DNA of 64,000 bases from Deltaproteobacteria bacterium (lineage in GTDB: Bacteria > Myxococcota_A > Polyangia > JAAYKL01), in assembly GCA_029565915.1 (NCBI GenBank), contig JAKQNG010000197.1:12759-76758 (forward strand). Direction: 5' to 3'. Below are positions 47,966-56,998 of the stretch, piece after piece (within the stretch, counting starts at the first letter, position 1; each line of letters starts with the position of its first letter). The notes under the pieces were generated by a model. It saw nothing but the letters and a program-made list of their open reading frames with translations. It was not told the origin of the DNA and did no database searches. A program made the position numbers and the translations under genes.

Positions 47966-49852
47966 TCAGCGGTTGGTGCCGGGTTGGGCGCTGACCACGA
48001 AGCGGGCATCAACGGAAGGCAGCATCTGGGATTTACCGCCGGAGAAGTCCACGTCTTTCATCCCGGACACGGTGCCGTACACGTTGACCATGCTTTCGAG
48101 GCCCGCGTCGGTTTCACCCCGGAAGGTGACGTGCACCGCGCACCGGCCGCCCACCGGACATCCCCTGTCCACATACAGTAGAAATACGGTGACCCCCGCC
48201 GCCGTGTTGATGTTGATGATCCGCCCCGACAGGACGATTTTTCGGCCCGCGTGAACGGCCGTGTTCCGCGTCAGCTTCGGATAGTCAAATTTCGGGTCGG
48301 CGTCGGCCTTCCAGCTGTCGATGAAGGGTTGCAGGCTCTCCACGCGGCTGATTTCCAGTTCTTGCCGGTTCGGCGCGTGGTCGGCCAGGCGGGATGTGAC
48401 GGAGATGCGGTGGGGACCGGTCTTGTCCAGCGGAATGATCGTGGCGAAGCCGGATGCGTTGGACAAAACCAGTGCACCGTTTACCGTCACCTCCGCCTTG
48501 TCTCCAGCAGTGCCGGCAACTGTGACTTCCGCCGTGTCCACCACCGCGCCCGGCGCCGGTCGATCGATCTGGAGCGGCGTGACGGGAATGGCAATCAGGT
48601 GTTGACCCGATTCGGAACGACCGTCCGGATCGGTCAACTGGAAATTCAGGGTGTAGCGCAGTTCGTCGCCATCGGATCGGGTCTGGTGCTTGCGGATTTC
48701 CTCCAGCGCAATACGGTGGGTGCAGGTGTTGCCGGCCAGGGGGCAGGGCTGGTTGTTCACGGTGACGCGAAAGCCTTCCGCCACCTGGAACTTCACCTCC
48801 ACGGCCGCCGGATCTGCGGCGAGCAGGGACAGATCGTTGGTCACCACATGGCGCAGGGTGATGGGAAAGCTGCGTTTTTCCTGTCGGCCGTCCGGCTGGA
48901 CGAGGGTGAATTCCACGAGGTTGGTGCCGAGCACCAGCGCGGAGCGGGGCAGGAGGAACTGGGCGCTGCCTTCGGTCATGGGAATGGTCTGTCCCTGCAC
49001 GCTCAGGGAAGAACCCGGCGCCGCACCGGGAATCTGCAGTGTGACCGTCAGGTGCTGACCGTCGGCCGTCGGCGCGATCTGGGGCACCGGCTCGTTGCGA
49101 CCGGACAACAAGTAGCGGACGCCCAGAAACGCAAGCAGTCCCAGTACAACCGTTCCAGCCACGGCCACGGCAATGATGAGTCCCGTGGATGGTCCCCGGG
49201 ACGGTGTGTCATCTTCCTCTTCCGGTTCCGGCGGTGCGGACTTTGCCTGCGCGGGTCGTGCCTTCTGGGAAGGATCAGGAGGCGCCACGCGGGTTTCCTC
49301 CAGATCGGGGGATGGTCCGGTGGCCGGTGTGGTTACGGGCGCCCCGACGGCGGTCGCCTGCTTTGCCGCCTGGATGGCGGCCTGCACATCGCCGGAATCC
49401 ACCGCCGGCATTCCCAGCATGGTTCTGGCTGTATCCACGGCCACAGGGGCGCGTTGCGCGGTGGGCGCGGCAGGTTCCGCCTGTGCGGGTTTCGCGGAGG
49501 CCATCCGGATCATCGGAACGCCGGCCGCGGGCCTGGCAGTTTCATTCAGGTTGACCGGCGGCGCGCCGAGCATGGTGCGATTGGAGGCGAATCCCGGTTC
49601 CGCCGGCGCGAGGGCCGCGGGCTGGTGCGCCACGGGTTGCACCTGAACCGGTTTGACCGGGGAGGGCTTTGCCTGGGCTTCCGGAATCTGGGGCGCCCGT
49701 CCGAACAGCATGGTCTTTGCCGGCATCGATCCATCGGTCTGGACCGGACGCGCAACCGCCGGTGCCCCACCGCTCAGGGGAGTGCCACAGGCGGCACAGA
49801 ATTGCACGCCATCCGCATTCGAGGTACCGCACATACTGCAGGTTACAGCCAA
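47966..49852 (-). CDS. Bitopic membrane protein: double zinc ribbon, Pro/Ala-rich linker, TM, Ig-like repeats, C-terminal OB-fold-like domain
   Basis: TTG start with AGGAGG RBS; CSMCG..N....FC..CG; single TM; beta-rich outer part; Y.KL.RN...GRKI.LSG.I..I...VNVYGTV.G. Confidence 0.75.
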   Translation of the reverse strand: MAVTCSMCGTSNADGVQFCAACGTPLSGGAPAVARPVQTDGSMPAKTMLFGRAPQIPEAQAKPSPVKPVQVQPVAHQPAALAPAEPGFASNRTMLGAPPVNLNETARPAAGVPMIRMASAKPAQAEPAAPTAQRAPVAVDTARTMLGMPAVDSGDVQAAIQAAKQATAVGAPVTTPATGPSPDLEETRVAPPDPSQKARPAQAKSAPPEPEEEDDTPSRGPSTGLIIAVAVAGTVVLGLLAFLGVRYLLSGRNEPVPQIAPTADGQHLTVTLQIPGAAPGSSLSVQGQTIPMTEGSAQFLLPRSALVLGTNLVEFTLVQPDGRQEKRSFPITLRHVVTNDLSLLAADPAAVEVKFQVAEGFRVTVNNQPCPLAGNTCTHRIALEEIRKHQTRSDGDELRYTLNFQLTDPDGRSESGQHLIAIPVTPLQIDRPAPGAVVDTAEVTVAGTAGDKAEVTVNGALVLSNASGFATIIPLDKTGPHRISVTSRLADHAPNRQELEISRVESLQPFIDSWKADADPKFDYPKLTRNTAVHAGRKIVLSGRIININTAAGVTVFLLYVDRGCPVGGRCAVHVTFRGETDAGLESMVNVYGTVSGMKDVDFSGGKSQMLPSVDARFVVSAQPGTNR

Positions 49853-50000
49853 GAGAATCCTCCTTCGAGGCAAGCATGATTCGTCAATCGACACGCACGG
49901 AACGATTGGAACGATTGAACCGGGATCGTACTTTTCCACGGTCACCGCGTCAATTGATTAACGGTGAGAGTGGGGCAAAGGAGAGGGGCGTCCGGTGGTG

Positions 50001-50987
50001 TCAGGGCGCGTACAGAGTCCGGTAGCGACCCCGGTTTCCCGAAAACTCGACGATGTGGGCCATTCCGGCGCTCCGCCCACCGTTGGCCATCAGTACCGGT
50101 GCAGCCGAAGCGCTGCCCGCCTGAAGGATGAAGGAGGTATGCCAGAGGCCCGGCGGGATGGGGTCTTCTCCCGAAAGAGGCGTGGCGCTGCCGCCGGATT
50201 CCACCACATGGCCATGCAGCCCGAACCGCACCTCGTGGTCGACCATCGCGTCGGTGATGGCGGGATCGCCGATGTTCACGGCGCCTCGTCCCCGGTCCGC
50301 GGCGGCAGGACCCCGGCCCCGGGGAGGCGTCGGACTGACCAGCACCGCCGTCATGTTGGAAGGGGCGGCAGACACGATGGCCGTGACATCTTCGGGTTCA
50401 TAGGAACAGCCCTGATCTCCGGCCTCCAGATAAAAAGGGTTCTGTTCACCGGGCAGGGAGAGGAAGCAGATGTTTTTCATGAACACGCGCCGCACCAGGG
50501 TCAGGTCCACGATCTGCGGATGGGTGGTGCGGAGGGCAGCGATGGCGTTGCGGAAGCCGTGGAAGCTCTCCTGTGCGCCGGGAATCACCAGTATCGGAAT
50601 AGGCGCCTGTGCCAGGGCGTCCAGGATGGTTCTGATCTGCGATTCGGTGCGGCCGGTATCCCCTGCCACGATGATGGCCTGCACCCGGGCCGCCTTGAAC
50701 CGGTCCAGAAAATACTTGATGGCGGTAAGGGTTTCCGGTGCGGTGTCGGACAGGCCGGCGAGAAGGCCCACACGGACCACCGCGCTGTCGCCGCCGGTGA
50801 TTTTCAGGTCGCTGCCGTTGCGGATGGCGGTAAGGGGCGGCAGGGATATCTTTTCGGTCCGTCCGTCATCCTGCGCGTCGGCGCAGCGGAGAAATTCATG
50901 ACCGTCCCGGCGATCCGACGGAGGCTGGCTCCCGCCGCGACATCCGGCGGACAGCAGAAGCAGGAACAGGACGGTCAGGCGGTTCAT
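50001..50987 (-). CDS. Calcineurin-like metallophosphoesterase-fold lipoprotein with degenerate motifs
   Basis: Lipobox SAGC; IIVAGD, VIPGAQE, SPTPP, LHGHVVE correspond to GD, GNHE, H and GHxH. Confidence 0.72.
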   Translation of the reverse strand: MNRLTVLFLLLLSAGCRGGSQPPSDRRDGHEFLRCADAQDDGRTEKISLPPLTAIRNGSDLKITGGDSAVVRVGLLAGLSDTAPETLTAIKYFLDRFKAARVQAIIVAGDTGRTESQIRTILDALAQAPIPILVIPGAQESFHGFRNAIAALRTTHPQIVDLTLVRRVFMKNICFLSLPGEQNPFYLEAGDQGCSYEPEDVTAIVSAAPSNMTAVLVSPTPPRGRGPAAADRGRGAVNIGDPAITDAMVDHEVRFGLHGHVVESGGSATPLSGEDPIPPGLWHTSFILQAGSASAAPVLMANGGRSAGMAHIVEFSGNRGRYRTLYAP

Positions 50988-51655
50988 CGGCGGACCGACA
51001 CGTCGAAGACCGTGGAATTTCCGGGTCGCTGTCGGAACTGCAGCACGGCGAGGCCGAGCTGAACGATGCGGCTGTCGGGTTTCTGAAGCGTGATGTGTTC
51101 GTCGTCCAGCTTGACTACCCGGCAGTCCCCGAACTGCCGATGGCAGACCGTATCGCCGGGAGCGGGAAGGGGCGGTTCCTCCTCATTCCACAGATGGGAG
51201 CGGGAACCCTGCTTCTCAAGCGTCGCTGATACCTCGATGGCCCGGTGCCAGTGTGCATCCGCCGCCTTTTTTTCGTTCGTTTCCTTCGGCACAGAAGCGG
51301 CATCGTCTGCGCGAAGGGGCGTGAACGTCAGCTCGAGCAGAGACGACTCACCGCCCGTCAAGCGCCCGCCGACCACCATGATGCCGTTGTCGGTATGCTT
51401 GGCAATGAGGCATCGGTAGTCGGAGATGACCATCCCCGCAGCACGCCGGATCCGGCCCTGCAGGTTGAGCAGGTCAAGAGGTCCTTCGATGTGAAGGGTG
51501 TTGCCAGCAGCGTCCGTCAGCTGTGCGCTGCGCAGGTTTCCGAAACCGCACACATCGCAGAATTCCCCCGCGGGAATGGCGATGTCGTCGATGGCGGCGG
51601 GCAGGTTTGACGGGGTTTCCAGCGTTTTCGCGATGGGTCGATCCTCGGTTGGCAT
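50984..51655 (-). CDS. PPC/DUF296-like domain fused to a PcrA/UvrD-type Tudor-like domain
   Basis: VCGFGNLRSAQL..EGPLDLLNLQG..VVGGRL (PPC-like); GDTVCHRQFGDCRVV (Tudor-like); ATGA overlap with the next gene. Confidence 0.6.
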   Translation of the reverse strand: MPTEDRPIAKTLETPSNLPAAIDDIAIPAGEFCDVCGFGNLRSAQLTDAAGNTLHIEGPLDLLNLQGRIRRAAGMVISDYRCLIAKHTDNGIMVVGGRLTGGESSLLELTFTPLRADDAASVPKETNEKKAADAHWHRAIEVSATLEKQGSRSHLWNEEEPPLPAPGDTVCHRQFGDCRVVKLDDEHITLQKPDSRIVQLGLAVLQFRQRPGNSTVFDVSVRR

Positions 51656-51718
51656 GGGGTTCTACTACAACCAAAATCACCGATTGTCCAGCGGTGGACC
51701 GGGTGTTATCCATGGGCT

Positions 51719-52402
51719 GTGGAACTGCAGATTCTCCATCGCGACGACGTCCTGCTGGCCGTGTTCAAACCCGCCTGGACCGTGGTCCACCGGGGACTCG
51801 CCCTGGACGGGCCGTTTCTGTCCGATGCGGTGCGCGAAACCCTTGGCGTCCGGCAGGTGCATCCAATTCACCGACTTGATCGACAGGCCAGCGGACCGGT
51901 CCTGTTTGCCCTGTCGTCCCGCATCGCCGCAGTGATGCAGTCCCAGTTCTTCAGCGGCGCCATTCACAAGTCCTACCTGGCGCTGGTGCGCGGTGTGCCA
52001 CCCCGCATCGGCGTGGTGGACAGCCCCGTTCCCGCAAAGGAAGGCGGCGAACGGATACCGGCGCGCACGGAATACACGCTGCTCGAAACGGCAAGGACGC
52101 AGCCCCGGGACGTGTCCCTGATCCGGGCCGTGCCCGTGACCGGTCGCTTTCACCAGATCCGGCGTCACTTCAAACACATCAACCACCCGTTGATCGGCGA
52201 TGCCAATTACGGCAAAGGAGACCTGAACCGCGCCTTCAAGGAGCGCTACGGACTCTGCCGCATGGGCCTCCACGCCGAGGCGTTTTCTTTTGACCATCCC
52301 GTCTCCCTGCAGCGGATGACTGTGCGCGCTGCCCTGCCGGACGATTTTCTCCGTCCTCTGCAGGCCATGGGTTTTCAGGTTTCAAATTTCGAAAACGAAT
52401 AA
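51719..52402 (+). CDS. truC: RluA-family pseudouridine synthase (TruC-like)
   Basis: KPAW.VVH, IHRLDRQASG catalytic Asp, K.YLALVRG, TGRFHQIRRH..HI.HP.IGD.NYGKG. Confidence 0.85.
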   Translation: MELQILHRDDVLLAVFKPAWTVVHRGLALDGPFLSDAVRETLGVRQVHPIHRLDRQASGPVLFALSSRIAAVMQSQFFSGAIHKSYLALVRGVPPRIGVVDSPVPAKEGGERIPARTEYTLLETARTQPRDVSLIRAVPVTGRFHQIRRHFKHINHPLIGDANYGKGDLNRAFKERYGLCRMGLHAEAFSFDHPVSLQRMTVRAALPDDFLRPLQAMGFQVSNFENE

Positions 52403-52406
52403 TTGC

Positions 52407-53228
52407 TCAGCGGTTGTATTTTGCCAGAAGCGGACGGTAGTCCTTGTCGGAAGCGGGAATCACGGCCGTGAGAGTGAGGGACCGACACAAATCCTTTCCC
52501 TCGGGCCGGTCGCACAGACCGACGAGGGACTTGCGGATGGCGTCGGCCTTTGCGCGCCCATCATTCAGCACCACCACGGCGGGCGCGGGAACCGGCGCGG
52601 ATGTGTGGATGATCTGCAGATCAGACGCAAATTCCAGCTCGCTCATGTGATCCTTTGCATCCTGGTCGATGAGGGCGGCGTCCGCATCACCGCGGTGCAC
52701 GTCCCGCAGGGATTTCAACGGTCGCCCCTGGGACACGAGCCGGATGTCGGTCGGAGCCTTTTTGTCGAGCAGGACGTTGAACACGTATTTCGGGTCGTGA
52801 ACCACGACGCCGCTCATCGTCTTGCCCGAGAGCGCCTTCAGATTCGCCGCGCCATCCTTGCGGGTAACCACGTAGTAGGTCTGTTCTCCGCGGCCATTGG
52901 CGTGGACCCGGGCGATGACCTGCATCTTCTGGGTCTTCTGGCTCATGGCGTAAACCGACGGCTCCATGAGGGCGATGCCCGGTTTGACAGATGCCAGCCG
53001 CTCGGCCGCATCAGCGCCGTCCGGGATGAAAATGCCCTTCATGCTGAAGGGTGTCTCTCCCATGTCGGTTTCCAGATAGCGGAGCATCTGATCCACGTAG
53101 GGCTGGGCCTGTTCGGTGGTGCCGGGAAACCCGGGCAGCAGCAGGAGCAGATCGGTGGCCGCCGCCACCGCGCTCAGGCAGGTGACAATTACCGTGCCGA
53201 GAATGGTCAGTCTGATGTGCCGTTTCAT
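52407..53228 (-). CDS. PhnD/SsuA-fold periplasmic substrate-binding protein without adjacent ABC genes
   Basis: Signal peptide; YYVVTRKD..L..L.GK, V..GDADAALI, L.IIHTS.PVP.P.VV, ASDKDY. Confidence 0.75.
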   Translation of the reverse strand: MKRHIRLTILGTVIVTCLSAVAAATDLLLLLPGFPGTTEQAQPYVDQMLRYLETDMGETPFSMKGIFIPDGADAAERLASVKPGIALMEPSVYAMSQKTQKMQVIARVHANGRGEQTYYVVTRKDGAANLKALSGKTMSGVVVHDPKYVFNVLLDKKAPTDIRLVSQGRPLKSLRDVHRGDADAALIDQDAKDHMSELEFASDLQIIHTSAPVPAPAVVVLNDGRAKADAIRKSLVGLCDRPEGKDLCRSLTLTAVIPASDKDYRPLLAKYNR

Positions 53229-53246
53229 CCCTTGCCTTCTCCGGGT

Positions 53247-53999
53247 CTACTCCCTCATCAGGGAGCGGGTGGTGAACGTGCTGTCGGGAATGCCCTGGTT
53301 CACTTTGCATTCGAAGAACCGCAGCTCCGTGCTGGAGCCGGTCTTGTGATCCGTGTAGACCATCTTTACGGGAATCGTGATGACGCCGAAGGTCTGCCAG
53401 TCGCTGCGGACCTGGGATTTCACGAGGGTGCCCTGGGAATTGTAGGATTCCACGCGCTCCACGCCGCCGTATTTTTTTGAAACCGTCACCAGCATGTAGC
53501 TGTAAATCGTTTCAGTGCCCTTCTGAGGGGTCATCCGGAGAACCCAGACCTTGTCATCATCCTTGATGATCTTCGCATCCCAGCCTTTGGACAGGGACGC
53601 GGTGCCCAGTTCCTCGGCAGAGATGTCGGTGCCCATGAAGCCCTGATCCTGTACATGGGAGGCCACCCGCCGCACGCGTTTGTAGCTGGGCATGTAAACA
53701 TAGGTGAGCCCGTCGTCCGTGGTGAGCACCGCCATGCCGCGCACGTCGCCGGGGCCGGTAAACGTGATGCGCTTCATGTTGAGACCCTTGAGGACCGCTT
53801 CAAAGGTCATGGTCTTGATTTTTTTACCGTCCCGGATGACCGAAACTTCCGCGTTGTAGGTGGTGTCGGACACCTTGAGCAGGTTATCGTCCACGGTGTC
53901 GAGGATCTGCTGCACGGTCTTCTTCTGCGCATGCGCGACGCCTCCCATGACAAGGAGCGACGCGAGGGTGAGCATGAAAAGGGATTGTTTTCGATTCAT
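53247..53999 (-). CDS. Outer-membrane lipoprotein-sorting protein (LolA-like fold)
   Basis: Signal peptide; FTGPGDVRGMAVL, YVYMPSYKRVRRVA, FMGTDIS, NQGIPDSTFTTRSL. Confidence 0.9.
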   Translation of the reverse strand: MNRKQSLFMLTLASLLVMGGVAHAQKKTVQQILDTVDDNLLKVSDTTYNAEVSVIRDGKKIKTMTFEAVLKGLNMKRITFTGPGDVRGMAVLTTDDGLTYVYMPSYKRVRRVASHVQDQGFMGTDISAEELGTASLSKGWDAKIIKDDDKVWVLRMTPQKGTETIYSYMLVTVSKKYGGVERVESYNSQGTLVKSQVRSDWQTFGVITIPVKMVYTDHKTGSSTELRFFECKVNQGIPDSTFTTRSLMRE

Positions 54000-54265
54000 C
54001 AGCGATTGTTCCTTCCGTTGTATCCGGAATCCCGGTTCATTCCGAGGAGTCTGTCTGTGGACGAACCCGACCCGGGGGTTATTCATCCCGTTCCGCAGCA
54101 GGTATCTAAACCATTTTCAATGACCTGTTAAGTTATTCAACTCCCTGTTCCACAACATGCAAAACATGACATTGATATCAACGAAAAGGCATCCGGCGCG
54201 GACGTGCATTGGCCCGGCAGCGATACCGGGGAGTGTGGCCGCGAGCGATGCATCAGGGTGGGACC

Positions 54266-54679
54266 TCAGCGGGGGACGATTTCCAGCGTGTGGGTAATTT
54301 GCGCGGACTTTGCCAGCATGGCGGAAACGCCGCAGAACTGATTCTTCGACAGTTCGATGGCCCGCTCGATGTGGGGTCGATCGGCTTCGTCCGCCACAAA
54401 GCGATAGGTGATGTGAATGGTTTTAAACACCATTGGATGGGTGCTCGTCTGCTCGGCCGCCACGTCGATGTCGAACCGGTCCCAGGTCACCTTCTTCTTT
54501 TCGAGGATGGTTGCCACGTCGAGGCCCGTACACCCCGCCAGGCCGTGAAGGACCATGGCCTTGGGCGTGGGTGCTTCGCCTCTGCCGCCGGACGCCGCCG
54601 CCGCATCCATGGTGACCGACGCGGCCCCGTCGCCGCTGTGAAACCGCTTGTTCCCCTGATAACTGGTCGTGATCTGCAT
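54266..54679 (-). CDS. OsmC/Ohr family protein
   Basis: PTPK..L.GLAGCTG.DV..IL.K and AIELS..FCGVS.ML; GAGGAG RBS. Confidence 0.92.
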   Translation of the reverse strand: MQITTSYQGNKRFHSGDGAASVTMDAAAASGGRGEAPTPKAMVLHGLAGCTGLDVATILEKKKVTWDRFDIDVAAEQTSTHPMVFKTIHITYRFVADEADRPHIERAIELSKNQFCGVSAMLAKSAQITHTLEIVPR

Positions 54680-54755
54680 GATGTTTCTCCTCTGACCGTG
54701 TCGGCTGAATCGAAACATGCACACGACACAGCCGATTGTAAAGAGACGGTCGTAC

Positions 54756-55676
54756 CTATCGGGATTCGCTGTCCGGCGGGGCAGATTTCGGTCGGCGGAA
54801 GCGAATGATGCCTGCAACGCCCGCGAAGATGAGGGCGGCACTGACAAACGTGCTGCCGTGAACGGTTTCATCGAGAAAGAACCAGCCCAGAAACACGGCG
54901 ATAACGGGATTCACAAAGGCGTAGCTGACGGCCAGGGTGGGAGACAGCACCTGCAGGCAGAAAATATAGGCGGTAAAGGCGACCAGTCCGCCGAAGACGG
55001 TCACATAAACGAAGGCGATCCACGGGCCTCTCCCATCGGGCAGCACCGGTGTTTCGAAAATGGCCGTTGCCACGAGAAAGCCCACCGAGGCAATGAGCTG
55101 CTGCCATCCCGCGGAAGCGATGGACGAGACGGCAACGGGACGCCGGGCCTGCAGGACGGAGCCCAGGGACCAGAAGACCGGCGCACAGAAAAGCGCAATT
55201 ACCCGGCCGATATCCTGTGGCGGCACCCGCGACAGCGTGCTGCCGTTCAGAATGAGCAGTCCCGAAAATCCCAGCAGGAGAGATAGAATCAGCCCCGGGG
55301 ACGGGCGGCGGTGGTCGGCGATGGAATCGATGAGCGTCGTCCACAAAGGAAGGGTTCCCACGGACAGGGCCGCATAACCCGAGTCGATGCGCTGCAGAGA
55401 CCAGGTAATGAGGCCGTTTCCGCCGAGCCAGAGCAGCAGCCCGGCGGGCACGAGGATGACGAAATCCGCCAACCCCGGACGCACTGCTTCTTTGCGGAGA
55501 GCCGCAAATGCCAGCAGCAGGGCACCGGCGGCCGCCGTCCGCAGGGCCACCATGAAGAACGGCGAAAACCCGTCCTCTCCCACGGCGATGGACAGGGCCA
55601 GATAGGTGGAACTCCAGATGACATAAAGGGAAAACAGGGCGGCAAGGCCCTTGCGATGTGGAGGGACGAAGTTCAC
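54756..55676 (-). CDS. EamA/DMT family transporter
   Basis: YVIWSSTYLA, GGNG, SGYAAL, SYAFVNPVIAVFLG; about 10 TM segments. Confidence 0.92.
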   Translation of the reverse strand: MNFVPPHRKGLAALFSLYVIWSSTYLALSIAVGEDGFSPFFMVALRTAAAGALLLAFAALRKEAVRPGLADFVILVPAGLLLWLGGNGLITWSLQRIDSGYAALSVGTLPLWTTLIDSIADHRRPSPGLILSLLLGFSGLLILNGSTLSRVPPQDIGRVIALFCAPVFWSLGSVLQARRPVAVSSIASAGWQQLIASVGFLVATAIFETPVLPDGRGPWIAFVYVTVFGGLVAFTAYIFCLQVLSPTLAVSYAFVNPVIAVFLGWFFLDETVHGSTFVSAALIFAGVAGIIRFRRPKSAPPDSESR

Positions 55677-55677
55677 G

Positions 55678-56118
55678 TCAGTTGTTGGACGCCTCGTCGG
55701 GCGGCCATTTCTGCTCCACCGGGTCCGTCACCATGCCAAGCTTGGGAATGCCTGCCTTCTTGACGATGGCCATCACCTGCACGACAAAGCCGTAGGGAAT
55801 GGATGCGTCCGCCTGCAGATACAGTTCGCCCTCCCGCTGGAGGCGGGCGTTGGAGATGAGCGTCTGTTCGAGCGCCTCATGGGGAATCCGGGTTTCGCCC
55901 AGAAACACGTTGCGTTGCCGGTCGATGGTCATGACGAGTTTGGATTCGTCAACTTCCATTGGCGCTGCCTCGGCTTTGGGCAGATCCAGTTCCACGCCAC
56001 GGTCCATCATGGGCGCTGTGATCATGAAGATAATGAGGAGCACCAGCATCACGTCCACCAGGGGCGTGATGTTGATGTCGCTCATGGGAGTGCCGGGGCC
56101 GTTACCGGACAGTGCCAT
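55678..56118 (-). CDS. tolR: TolR/ExbD family protein
   Basis: SDINITPLVDVMLVLLIIFMITAPM, LP.A, ADASIPYG.VVQVM...AG..KLG.VT. Confidence 0.9.
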   Translation of the reverse strand: MALSGNGPGTPMSDINITPLVDVMLVLLIIFMITAPMMDRGVELDLPKAEAAPMEVDESKLVMTIDRQRNVFLGETRIPHEALEQTLISNARLQREGELYLQADASIPYGFVVQVMAIVKKAGIPKLGMVTDPVEQKWPPDEASNN

Positions 56119-56134
56119 CTGCGCAACTGCCTTT

Positions 56135-56884
56135 CTACTTGAAGAAGTGGCGTTTGACGATGTTCACGAAATCCGCCGAAAAGTTGTCCATCTCCGACGA
56201 CAGCACGCGGATGCGCCGGAGAAAGTAGTTATATGCGATCACCGCCGGAATGGCGGCCAGCAGGCCGATGGCCGTGGCAATGAGGGCCTCGGAAATGCCC
56301 TGGGATACAACCTCCATGCCCGCGGAGCCGCTGGCGCTGATCTGCATGAAGGAAATCATGATGCCGATGACAGTACCGAACAATCCCACAAAGGGTGCCG
56401 TCGATCCGATGGTGGCCAGAAAAGGCACCATGCTTTCGAGGTGCGTGACCTCGCTGGTCATGGCGCGACGCAGGGCCCGCTCCACGTTGCCGATGGCGCC
56501 GGCGCTGGTTTCATCCGACGTGGATTCGCTTTCCTTTTTCTGGGCCTTCAGCTTGGACAGCTCAATGTACCCCGCCTTGAACAACGACGAAATGGGGCTC
56601 CGTTCATATCGATCGGCGGCCTGGTAGATTTCGTCGAGGCGTTTGGAGGACCAGAAGATATTCAGGAAGCGGACGGTCTGTACCTGTGCGCGGCGGATCT
56701 GAATGAATTTGTAAACCACGATGAAAATGCCGATGAGGATGAACAGCACCAGCATCGCGATGACGCCTTTGACAATGGGGGACGCCTCCGCGATGAGCCG
56801 CATCATTTCAGCCATATTGCCGGCGGTGGCACCGCTTTTCCCGGGTACCGCACCGGCCAGGATGGTCGTAATCGTTTGATTCAT
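56135..56884 (-). CDS. tolQ: TolQ/ExbB proton channel protein
   Basis: FLATIGSTAPFVGLFGTV.GI, GISEALIATA.GL.AAIPAVIAYN. Confidence 0.92.
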   Translation of the reverse strand: MNQTITTILAGAVPGKSGATAGNMAEMMRLIAEASPIVKGVIAMLVLFILIGIFIVVYKFIQIRRAQVQTVRFLNIFWSSKRLDEIYQAADRYERSPISSLFKAGYIELSKLKAQKKESESTSDETSAGAIGNVERALRRAMTSEVTHLESMVPFLATIGSTAPFVGLFGTVIGIMISFMQISASGSAGMEVVSQGISEALIATAIGLLAAIPAVIAYNYFLRRIRVLSSEMDNFSADFVNIVKRHFFK

Positions 56885-56998
56885 GGTGTCCCTTTTAACC
56901 GTTTAAAATGGTCTGTCTGCCCATGTTTATCGTTGCTTCCGCGCAAATTCGCAATTTTTCGATCCATTTTCCCGGTGGGAACGCCCGGGGAGAGCAGA

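Noticed and set aside
54000..54265. ncRNA in the AT-richer gap upstream of the LolA-like gene
   Set aside because: Only short stems and a single DnaA-box-like 9-mer; nothing matching an RNA family I can support.
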